Counted from the first letter of the stretch, positions 1-7,860 are shown. The stretch: 10,952 nucleotides of DNA from an uncultured delta proteobacterium (GCA_963810935.1 CAWEPK010000013.1:1-10952), one strand, 5' to 3'. Notes: a model not told the origin generated them from the letters alone. Program-made: numbers and translations.

Positions 1-540
1 TTAGTCTTGATTTTACTCAGTTCTAGTCCCGCCTTTTCTGTTCCTTTTTTCACTCTTAGATCAAAAACATTATCGTCCATCTTTTGAACAACATTGAGAA
101 GCGTATCAGCATAGGCGTGGTAGTAATTGTCCGTAGATCTCCGCTCCTTGTGCCTCATGAGCCTCTGAGCCGTTAGCGGGTCCGTCAAGGGTACGATCTG
201 CGTGCAGAAGGAATGTCTCGTCGCCTCGTAGAGTTTAACGTCGAGGCCGTTGTTCTCGCGCCATATCTTCGACAGTGCCCATAGATGGTAACCCCGGCCT
301 GTCGCGGGATGAATCCGAAACGTCTATTCTGAGGCTGTACTAAAAGAGGGGTACGGTCAATTTGTCCCTGATATTCCGCCGCGCTATCTCCAGGGCTTTG
401 TCGTTGAGCGGGATGGGTAGCTTGCTCTTATTCTTCGTCGTTTCCACGTGCTGACAGCCGGACGCGGACCTTTCTACCCACACGACGCGCTGCTCTATGT
501 TCACACTCTTGACGAGGACGGCGATACACTCTCCCGGGGG
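1..540 (-). pseudogene. Tyrosine recombinase/phage integrase catalytic domain; 5'-truncated and interrupted, runs off the window edge
   Basis: Manual translation. 540->343 reads PPGECIAVLVKSVNIEQRVVWVERSASGCQHVETTKNKSKLPIPLNDKALEIARRNIRDKLTVPLF, then TAG at 342-340 (RPGE-like box I, catalytic-Lys TTKN, IPL motif). A different frame, 314->3, reads IHPATGRGYHLWALSKIWRENNGLDVKLYEATRHSFCTQ...AQRLMRHKERRSTDNYYH (box II RH, H, catalytic Tyr). Confidence 0.85.
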
Positions 541-547
541 TTTTCCA

Positions 548-2407
548 TCAAATGTACCATGACGAGGGAAGATCGGCCATCCCCCCGATCCCCAGTTCTT
601 CCGTCCTGGCAGTCACCCTCTCGCCCATGGCCCTGTTCATCTTTATCTCCTCCGGCCATGGTCTCATCCTCCCCTCCCCTCTCTTGGCGGTCGCATCAAT
701 CACCATGCGGCCGCCTTTGTTGAAAATGTCACCTCCGGGGTCCACGTTGGCGGCTGCGCGCCAAAGGGCCTCCTCGTTCTCGACGGCCGCAACGGGGCCG
801 TCGAGAAGCACGCAGAAAACTCCCTCGGGCATGAAGGTCGACGAGAGAAGAAGGTCTACCAGGCTGTCCCTCTCCGCCGTGCCCTGCACCCCCACCAGAA
901 TCAGCGGATGGGCCGCCTCCCCGAAGAGGAGGCGGCAGTCAATGACGCGGGCGTCGCGGCTGCGAAGAAGGTTGGCCACCTCCGCATCGGGAGGCGGCGG
1001 CGCACCGGCAGGGAGGCAGCCCCTGACAGCCTCTCCTCTCAACCTTCCGGTGAGGTCCACGCCGACCTTCCCTCCCAGGACGGGCGACGGCGACGCGTGG
1101 TCGAGGACGTCGAGGATGCCGGTGGAAAAGGTGAGATCGCGCTGCGGGTCGATTGTATCGAGTACAGCCCGGGCGACCTCGCTGCCCATTGTCAGGTCAA
1201 GGGGCGCGTCGAGCACTAAGATCGCCTTGGATAAGCCCATCTGGCCGGAACCCCAGAGGCCGTGCATTACCCGAGCCGCCTGGCCGGGATAACGCTTCTC
1301 GATAGTCGCCAGCACTATGTTGTGAAAGACGCCCTCCCGGGGCATCCTGCAGTCGACAAGCTCGGGCAGGACCGCCTGGAGGAGGGGCAAAAAAAGCCTC
1401 TCCGTCGCCAGCCCGATGTAGGAGTCCTCCATGGGCGGGCGGCCAACCACCGTAGCCTGGTAGACGGCATCTTTCCTGTGGGTAAGGGCGGTCACATGAA
1501 AGACCGGATAAAGGTCGGCTGCCGAATAGAAGCCCGTGTGGTCGCCGAAGGGGCCCTCGAGGCGCTCTTCAGCCGGATCGACGTAGCCTTCGAGGACGAT
1601 CTCCGCCTCTGCAGGCACATCGAGATCAACCGTAAGGCACCGCGCCATCCGCACGGGCCTCCGTCTGACGAACCCCGCAAGGAGCATTTCATCGACGCCG
1701 TAAGGGAGAGGGGCTGTTGCCGCATAGGTGACGGCGGGATCCGCTCCTATGGCAACGGCAACCTCCATCCTCTTCCCTGCCGCACCATATTCATGGAAAT
1801 GGCGGGCCCCGTCCTTGTGGACATGCCAGTGCATCCCCAGCGTCTGGCCGTCAAACACCTGAAGGCGGTACATGCCGGCATTCCGCCGGCCTTCCGCATT
1901 CTTGGAAAAAACGATGGGAAGAGTTACAAACCTGCCCCCGTCGCCCGGCCAGCAGTGCAGGACCGGCAGCCTGTGGACATCGACATCCCCACCCCTGAAG
2001 ACCACATCCTGACAGGGGGGTGGGAAAAGACCGGGACCGCCGGGCAGGAATCGGGACCAGCCAAGCGCTTTAACGAGGAGGCGGACCTTGTCGGCAAGGG
2101 AGCCCGGCGGCCGGGGCGCAAGTATATCCCTGAGCCGGCCTGCCAACTCGCCGAGGTCGTCCACGCCGAGGGCCATGCAGATCCTCTTCATGCTGCCGAA
2201 GGCATTGGTGAGGACGGGCATCGAAGAGCCTTCCACCTTCTCGAAAAGAAGCGCCTTGCCGCCCCCAGGTGTTTTGGATGCCCTGTCCGTTATCTCCGAT
2301 ATCTCGAGGACAGGCGAGACAGGGGCCTTGATTCTCAGGAGCTCGCCTTCGGAATCGAGGGCCGCTATGAAGTCCCTAAGGCTGTTGTAGGTTTTTTCGT
2401 TCTTCAT
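548..2407 (-). CDS. ubiD: UbiD-family prFMN-dependent decarboxylase, menaquinone-biosynthesis (MqnL-like) type, 619 aa
   Basis: Motifs LRDFI..L...GEL, GGKALLFE, PVLTNAFGS, LPVLHCWPGDGGRFVTLP, RNAGMYRLQ, AEAEIVLEG, EGPFGDHTGFY, TVVGRPPMED and GGKVGVDLT. ATG is 12 nt after the upstream stop. Confidence 0.95.
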   Translation of the reverse strand: MKNEKTYNSLRDFIAALDSEGELLRIKAPVSPVLEISEITDRASKTPGGGKALLFEKVEGSSMPVLTNAFGSMKRICMALGVDDLGELAGRLRDILAPRPPGSLADKVRLLVKALGWSRFLPGGPGLFPPPCQDVVFRGGDVDVHRLPVLHCWPGDGGRFVTLPIVFSKNAEGRRNAGMYRLQVFDGQTLGMHWHVHKDGARHFHEYGAAGKRMEVAVAIGADPAVTYAATAPLPYGVDEMLLAGFVRRRPVRMARCLTVDLDVPAEAEIVLEGYVDPAEERLEGPFGDHTGFYSAADLYPVFHVTALTHRKDAVYQATVVGRPPMEDSYIGLATERLFLPLLQAVLPELVDCRMPREGVFHNIVLATIEKRYPGQAARVMHGLWGSGQMGLSKAILVLDAPLDLTMGSEVARAVLDTIDPQRDLTFSTGILDVLDHASPSPVLGGKVGVDLTGRLRGEAVRGCLPAGAPPPPDAEVANLLRSRDARVIDCRLLFGEAAHPLILVGVQGTAERDSLVDLLLSSTFMPEGVFCVLLDGPVAAVENEEALWRAAANVDPGGDIFNKGGRMVIDATAKRGEGRMRPWPEEIKMNRAMGERVTARTEELGIGGMADLPSSWYI

Positions 2408-2419
2408 GCACCCGTCCGC

Positions 2420-4120
2420 CTAAGCAAGCCGCCTCAGGATCTCTTCGGTCATGAGCGCGGCAAATACAAGGAGCGAAATTACACTGTTGATCCAGTAGAA
2501 GGCAATATGGATCCTGGAAAAGTTCTTCGGCGTCACGAGATGGTGCTCGACGACGAGAAGCATGCCGATTACCAGAACGAAGACTATGTAAACACGGGTC
2601 AGGCCGAAGAACCAGAAGAGCGAAAGGAGAGCCCCGAAGGCTACCAGGTGGAGCAGGCCCGACACGGTCAGGGCCGCCTCGGCGCCGAACCTTACCGGCA
2701 TCGAGCACAGGCCCTCCTGACTGTCAAATTCCACGTCCTGGCAGGCATAGAGGATGTCGAAGCCGGCGATATAGGCACACAGGGCAAGCGACAGGATGAC
2801 AATATTGACGGAAAGCGAGTTCGTGAGGGCCACCCAGACGCCGAGAGGGGCCAGACCGATGGCGATCCCCAGCGCCAGGTGGGACAGCCAGGTGAACCGC
2901 TTCGTATAGGAGTAGCCGAAGAGGACGGCCAGCACTGCGAAGGAATACCGGAAACACAGAGGGGATATGAAGAGGGCGGCAAGCACGAAGAGGACGGCGG
3001 AGGCAGCGACGAAGGCTGCCGTCTCCCCGGAGGTGACTTTCCCGGAAGGAAGCTCCCTGTCGGCCGTTCGCGGATTCCTGCCGTCGAAGGAAGCGTCAAC
3101 CAGGCGGTTGAATCCCATTGCAGCCGACCTGGCGCCGACCATGGCGACGACGATCCAGAAACCCTGCCTGAAGGTGACGGAAAATTGGCGCATTGCCAGG
3201 AGCAAGGCGGCAAGGGCGAAGGGCAACGCGAAGACCGTATGCTCGAACCTGATGAGACGACCGTAGACGCCGGCCGTGCGCCCCACCCGGACTATCGCCT
3301 GCACCACGGGGCTCTTCGTCTCCTCCACAAAGCTCGCATATTTCCATGGACACAGGCGCGGCTCGAGCGCCCCCAGGGCCTCGTAAAGCAATATTCCGAG
3401 AATACCCATGCCGACGATGCCGTTCCAGAGATGGCCGTAATCCATACGCGCCCACGCGTCCATGATGAGATAGCCCAGACCCGTTGTGGTGGCAAAAGAT
3501 TCGACGAAAAAGAGGACCGACACGGCCGTGCCGATCCCTATGCGGAGAGCGGTAAAGCTATGAGGCAGGGCGGCGGGAAAGGCTACCTCCATCAACACGA
3601 CGCGGTCATCCGCCCCGAGGGAGCGAAGAGAATCATAGTACTTCCCGTCCACGGCCCTTACGCCGTCCCTGGTCGCGACCAGCACCTGGAAGAAAAGGAT
3701 GCTTGTGATAAGGACAACCTTGGAAAGGTCGCCTATGCCGAATATAAGGAGGACGAGGGGAAGGAGGACGATTTTCGGGACCGGGTAGGTTATGAATACG
3801 AGAGGCGCAAAAATGCGGTCAATCCTTCTTCCGTAGCCCATGGCTACACCGACCGGGAAGGCAAGGAGCCAGCCCAGGGCTATACCAGCCGACACCCGGT
3901 ATGCGCTGATAAAGAAATGCCCCCAGAACTCGACGGTCCCGCAGGCCTTCGAAAAATTGAGGAGCACCGTTTCGGGGGGAAGAAGGAATGGCGACCTGAC
4001 GGCGCAAGCGGCCAGCTTCCAGAGGGCGGCGAGGATGCAAAGGCAGAGGGCGTAGTTGACCCCACGGGCCACCGCACCGGACGATCCTGTCTTCCATTCC
4101 CTATCAGCCGACGATGTCAT
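2420..4120 (-). CDS. Fusion protein: N-terminal SsuC/TauC-type ABC permease plus C-terminal UbiA-family (MqnP-like) polyprenyltransferase, 566 aa
   Basis: N-half has LLPPETV, SAYRV..G, YPVPKIVLLPL....FGIG, EAA-like YYDSLRSLGA....EVAFPAALP, and GLGYLIMDAW. C-half has IRFEHTVFALPFA, ARSAAMGFNRLVDASFDGRNPRT, YSYTKRFT and DILYACQDVEFD. The frame is continuous across the linker (about 3345-3260). ATG at 4120 overlaps the ATPase stop (ATGA, 4120-4117), so it is preferred over the track's GTG at 4135. Confidence 0.92.
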   Translation of the reverse strand: MTSSADREWKTGSSGAVARGVNYALCLCILAALWKLAACAVRSPFLLPPETVLLNFSKACGTVEFWGHFFISAYRVSAGIALGWLLAFPVGVAMGYGRRIDRIFAPLVFITYPVPKIVLLPLVLLIFGIGDLSKVVLITSILFFQVLVATRDGVRAVDGKYYDSLRSLGADDRVVLMEVAFPAALPHSFTALRIGIGTAVSVLFFVESFATTTGLGYLIMDAWARMDYGHLWNGIVGMGILGILLYEALGALEPRLCPWKYASFVEETKSPVVQAIVRVGRTAGVYGRLIRFEHTVFALPFALAALLLAMRQFSVTFRQGFWIVVAMVGARSAAMGFNRLVDASFDGRNPRTADRELPSGKVTSGETAAFVAASAVLFVLAALFISPLCFRYSFAVLAVLFGYSYTKRFTWLSHLALGIAIGLAPLGVWVALTNSLSVNIVILSLALCAYIAGFDILYACQDVEFDSQEGLCSMPVRFGAEAALTVSGLLHLVAFGALLSLFWFFGLTRVYIVFVLVIGMLLVVEHHLVTPKNFSRIHIAFYWINSVISLLVFAALMTEEILRRLA

Positions 4121-4848
4121 GGAGCTTCGAGGCACCTCCGCACCTCTTTACAGGTCTCGTGAAAAGACGCCTCTTCACGATAGCCGGCGCTGCCCACCCT
4201 CCCGTTATCTATCATCCTTTTGATAGATCCAGGCCTCCTGCCCAGGACCATGATTACCTGCCCCAGAAAAACGGCCTCCTCGATGCTGTGGGTCACGAGG
4301 ATCATTGTCAGCCCTCTTCTCTTCCATATGCCGAGCAGAAGGTTCTGAAGGTTCTCTCTGGTGAGGGCATCAAGGGAGGAGAAGGGCTCGTCCATCAAAA
4401 GAAGATCCGGTTCCGTGGCCAGCGCCCGGCCGATTGCAATGCGCTGTTTCTCCCCGCCCGAGAGACTCTCCGGAAAACGGTCCCGCTGCGCAAGGAGCCC
4501 GAGCTCGTCGAGGAGGTGTTCCGCCCTCCGTCCCTGCGTCGGTTTATCGAGCCGCGCGATCTTCATCCCGAGACAGACGTTCTCCCAGACCGTGCGCCAC
4601 GGCAGCAGACCGAAATCCTGCAAAATGAAACCGGTCTTCCCCGGCCTGCCCGCCTCTCTGTCGTTGATTGTCACGCCGCCCGAGCTCGGCGCCAGAAGGC
4701 CCGCCAGGAGATAGAGGAGCGTCGTCTTGCCGCACCCGGAGGGACCCACTACGGCCAGCGAGCCTGCATCGGGCACCGAAAAGCTAATGTCCCTAAGGAC
4801 GGGCGTGTCTTCCTGAAAACATTTATCGAGCCTGTCTACCTGGACCAA
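4117..4848 (-). CDS. ABC transporter ATP-binding protein, SsuB/TauB/NitT type
   Basis: Walker A GPSGCGKTT, Q-loop ILQD..LLPW, signature LSGGEKQR, Walker B LLLMDEPFSSLD, and VTHSIEEAVFL. TTG start preceded by GAAGAGGG. Confidence 0.95.
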   Translation of the reverse strand: MVQVDRLDKCFQEDTPVLRDISFSVPDAGSLAVVGPSGCGKTTLLYLLAGLLAPSSGGVTINDREAGRPGKTGFILQDFGLLPWRTVWENVCLGMKIARLDKPTQGRRAEHLLDELGLLAQRDRFPESLSGGEKQRIAIGRALATEPDLLLMDEPFSSLDALTRENLQNLLLGIWKRRGLTMILVTHSIEEAVFLGQVIMVLGRRPGSIKRMIDNGRVGSAGYREEASFHETCKEVRRCLEAP

Positions 4849-4866
4849 ACGACCCTCTTCCTGCCC

Positions 4867-5805
4867 TTACCAGGGCGCAACAATAGTTTCGTAGGCAGCG
4901 GTCGTTGAGATCAATCCCTTTTCCTTCAGCCATTTCGAAATCGAGAGGACATCCTGCCGCCTCGGCTTCTCGGGACGTGGAAACAGGGGCACCTTGAACC
5001 GCCCCCTCAGGGAAGCGGGAAACTGTGTCCGCTCCACCAACAAATCTATAAAGGCCTGGGGGTTCTCATCTATCGCCCGGACAGCCTTGTCGTACGCCGC
5101 GACAAAGCGCGCCGCAAGGTCCGGGTAGCGGGTTAGAAGGTCGCTTTTCAGCGCCACTACCGTGAGAGTGGTATCAAGTCCCCTGTCATCGGCGAGCACG
5201 ATGGCCCCTTCGGACTCGGCTTTGCTCGCTAGAGGCTCGGGCAGAAGGGCAGACTTCACCTGCCCCGCCATGAGCATCTGGTACCGTATGGGGATGGCCC
5301 TCACCTCAATCTTACCTACCCTGTTAGCACGGACGGCAGACCTGGAGAGTATCCCGTCGAGCACGTATTCGACGACGGAGGCCTTCGATACGGCCACGGA
5401 CTCACCCGCAAGCTGTCCCACGTCCCTGATCCCGGACCGGGGCGAGGCGAGCAGGGCAAACATCCTTTGCCTGGAATCCGTCCTCATGACGGAAGTCAGG
5501 ACGGCGAGACGCTGGCCGGAGTTTATCAGGAGGAGCGTATTGAGGAGGTCCCCGAAATAGGCATCGACTTTTCCGCTTTGTAGTGCCACGTCCCGTTCGA
5601 GGGCGCTCGAAAAGTAAAGGAACCTGGCGTCGATCCCCTGCTCCTCGAAAAAACCCTTCTTCCCTGCAACGACGAGGGGAAGGGTATCGATCACGGGCAA
5701 CAGTCCCAAGGATACGGAGACCCGTTCTGCGGCAACGGCCGGAGAGACGCCTCCCGGACAGAGGAAAGCAACGAGGACGACCGATAGCAAGGCCCTTCTA
5801 ATCAT
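4867..5805 (-). CDS. ABC transporter substrate-binding protein, SsuA/TauA/NMT1-THI5-like, 312 aa
   Basis: Signal peptide MIRRALLSVVLVAFLCPGGVSPAVAA. Motifs LPLVVA.KKGFFEEQGID, ALQSGKVDA, SGIRDV.QLAG, and GQVKSALLPEP. The first 78 aa of the 390-aa track ORF lie in the IS110 end and promoter region and are probably not translated. Alternative ATG at 5814. Confidence 0.9.
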   Translation of the reverse strand: MIRRALLSVVLVAFLCPGGVSPAVAAERVSVSLGLLPVIDTLPLVVAGKKGFFEEQGIDARFLYFSSALERDVALQSGKVDAYFGDLLNTLLLINSGQRLAVLTSVMRTDSRQRMFALLASPRSGIRDVGQLAGESVAVSKASVVEYVLDGILSRSAVRANRVGKIEVRAIPIRYQMLMAGQVKSALLPEPLASKAESEGAIVLADDRGLDTTLTVVALKSDLLTRYPDLAARFVAAYDKAVRAIDENPQAFIDLLVERTQFPASLRGRFKVPLFPRPEKPRRQDVLSISKWLKEKGLISTTAAYETIVAPW

Positions 5806-5812
5806 GGGGGAC

Positions 5813-5818
5813 ATTATA
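5813..5818 (-). promoter_or_regulatory. Candidate sigma70 -10 box (TATAAT) for the ABC-ubiA-ubiD operon
   Basis: Perfect TATAAT at 5818-5813, 7 nt before the ATG at 5805. No Shine-Dalgarno. The -35 match is weak (TTCGCT at 17 nt spacing). Confidence 0.45.
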
Positions 5819-5849
5819 ACCCAAGACCGCCGGCCAGCGAAAGAGAGAC

Positions 5850-6814
5850 GCGGGGTCAGTAGTGGGTCAGTTTGAAAATGATAATGTTGCTTAACCGCTC
5901 TTGCACGTCTTTTTAACTTGACATTCAAGGGCCTGTTGCCCAACTCATAATGCCAGTCCTTTGTCATGGAGACAAATGTCCGTGTTTCAGCGGCGGTGAT
6001 GCAGTTAGCAACACTTGTTTTCTCTTTCCTGCATTTCACGGATGCCGGTTGAATTCTTCACGATTACTGGCTGTCCTGATGTTGACGACTTCAGTCAACT
6101 GGCTTCGCTTCCCTCCCTCCTCAAAGCATGTTTGGTGAACCAGCATGGCGAACATCACCCGGATGAGCTTATGGGCAGTTGCCATAATCGCCTTTTTGTA
6201 GCACAGCCCGTCTCTCTTTCTTTTGCAGAAATAGGCCCTGAAGAGGTCATTGGAGAAGACTACGGTCTTGGTCGTCAGCCAGATCACCCTTCTCAGGCGC
6301 CGGTTTCCTCTCTTGTTTATTTTGCTTGATCCTTCGTACTTGCCCGATTGGTATGTGGAAGAAGGATCGAGGCCGGCAGCGGCAATGAGCTTCTTGTCGT
6401 TCTTGCAGAGGCTAACATCTCCGCCCATCTCTAATTGCGGTCGCTTCCCCTATGCCCTTGATCGAGATTGGTAGCTAGATGTCTTTCTTCATCTTCTCAT
6501 TGCAGAAATCCGTAAGGGCCTTCGTCGTCTCCTTGATCTGCTCCTGGATATAGAGAAGCAGAGAGGCATCCTGTTTCAAAATCAGTTCCCTTGCCGGGGA
6601 TGAGATAACTACAGAAGAAGATGCAGTAGCCATCAGGGTATCCACCCACGCCCTGGACTTTCTGCCCAATGACCGGGGAACAACGATGGCTGCCACAGTA
6701 TCGACATCTTCCTTTCGAAGTGCATCAGCAGAGGGGAACCGGGTGAGCAGTTGCAGGATAGACTTGGTGAAGACCCCTGTAAGACTCCAGCTCAGGGAAG
6801 GTGACGGATAGCAC
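5850..6814 (-). mobile_element. Degenerate IS110-family element: transposase remnant plus downstream non-coding end; boundaries approximate
   Basis: Transposase fragments (next feature), followed by about 200 nt of lower-GC non-coding sequence with several inverted repeats. GC-rich host-like sequence resumes near 5850. Confidence 0.7.
6036..6814 (-). pseudogene. IS110/IS116/IS902-family transposase pseudogene lacking the N-terminal DEDD domain
   Basis: Reads VLSVTFPELES (6814-6782), frameshift, LTGVFTKSILQLLTRFPSA...KKDI, TAG (6477-6475), LPISIKGIGEATA, frameshift near 6432, then MGGDVS...KKLIAAAGLDPSSTYQSGKYEGSSKINKRGNRRLRR...KKAIMATAHKLIRVMFAML (Transposase_20-type motifs). Confidence 0.92.
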
Positions 6815-7016
6815 CCCTCCCCTTGCTCCACCCATTGTACTGCCTTTTTTAGCCTTCTTTCGAATGCCCCTTACCTCACAACGCGCAAGACACCCTAAGG
6901 TAGATCCACTATCCCCTGCATAAGGCAAAGGCCATTTTAAGTAATTCGCCGCTCTTGACGATAAAAAGTATAGCAGGTTTACGATCTTGACCCTATGACC
7001 GAATGGGGAGGTACGA

Positions 7017-7731
7017 ATGGCCACTGAAAGCGCACGTCAAGAGGATACCCAACCGGTAAATCTGAACGAATCCGAAAATGCCCCACTATTCTTCCCTCCG
7101 GGCCTGCCGCTTCAGGTGGAGGTGGAAGGCGTCTCCTTCAGGATGAACAGCATCGCTGTCGGCATGATCGCCGAGAGGTTCCTTATAATGAAGTATCCCA
7201 ACACGGGGATCTACGGATCGATTGACAGCAAGATGTTCAAGGGGAACAAGATTGTTGTCCGATACGTCAACGGCGGAGACGTTTTCGGCTTCCAGTCGGA
7301 GCTGATCGAGATGATAACCAGCCCCCTCAAGCTCCTGTTCATCTCATGTCCGTCACTGATTGTCCGCAAGAACCTGCGGTCGAACAAACGTGTGGAATGT
7401 TCTCTCCCTGCCCGCCTGAAGCCTTCAACGAAGGACGAAAACATGGTTTTTGAAGACGGCCTTATCACCGATATAAGCATGGCGGGATGCCGCTTCACCA
7501 TGATGAAAGCAGCGGAGCAGGCACGTCACGAGATGAACGGAACCGTTATGCTCCACATAGAGATACCGGGGGTTGAGGGCGGAATCGAGTCTGTCGGGTA
7601 GCGTAAAGAACGTGCAGCGCGACTCGCAAAGGATAAGCATGGGCGTTCAGTTCGCCGAAATCGACGAGCAGAAAAAAGAAAAGTTCATGGAATTCATCGC
7701 CACCCTGGAAAAGTTTGCCTGGGACAAATAG
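7017..7731 (+). pseudogene. PilZ-domain / flagellar-brake (YcgR-like) c-di-GMP receptor with a +1 frameshift near 7575-7591
   Basis: RBS GGGGAGG. YcgR-N-like VVRY...GDVFGFQS...PLKLLFISCP, RxxxR (RSNKR) and DxSxxG (DISMAGC). The frame stops at 7601, but the +1 frame from 7591 continues LSGSVKNVQRDSQRISMGVQFAEIDEQKKEKFMEFIATLEKFAWDK to TAG at 7729-7731. Confidence 0.85.
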
Positions 7732-7822
7732 AGCGCCCGGCCTCGCTGCGCGCCCGGATGCACGTCGTCTGCCTGTTCGATCTGATTTTAGAAAGGGATT
7801 ATTCTTACGCGATACTACTATC

Positions 7823-7860
7823 GGCGAAGGGCTCGTAGATACATCGCGTCGCCCTTCGCC
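7823..7860. terminator. Perfect 10-bp inverted repeat between convergent genes; terminator or 3' stabilising hairpin
   Basis: GGCGAAGGGC (7823-7832) pairs with GCCCTTCGCC (7851-7860) around an 18-nt loop, 16 nt past the stop at 7877. No strong U-tract. Confidence 0.5.

Noticed and set aside
3305..3326. GGAGG followed by an in-frame GTG in the fusion linker, a possible internal start for a stand-alone UbiA
   Set aside because: The 14-nt spacing is too long and GGAGG is explained by Val-Glu-Glu codons. It cannot be fully excluded.
1262..4162. 966-aa plus-strand ORF
   Set aside because: It lies antisense to ubiD and the permease-UbiA gene, has no recognisable motifs, and is the kind of shadow frame expected in GC-rich coding DNA.
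4114..4908. 264-aa plus-strand ORF and other short ORFs overlapping the operon
   Set aside because: These are antisense or off-frame shadows of clearly identified genes.
5918..5951. TTGACA...CATAAT promoter on the plus strand
   Set aside because: The 22-nt spacer is too long for sigma70.
5806..6039. 78-aa N-terminal extension of the binding protein in the ORF track
   Set aside because: It runs through the IS110 end and the promoter, and the signal peptide starts at MIRR (5805).
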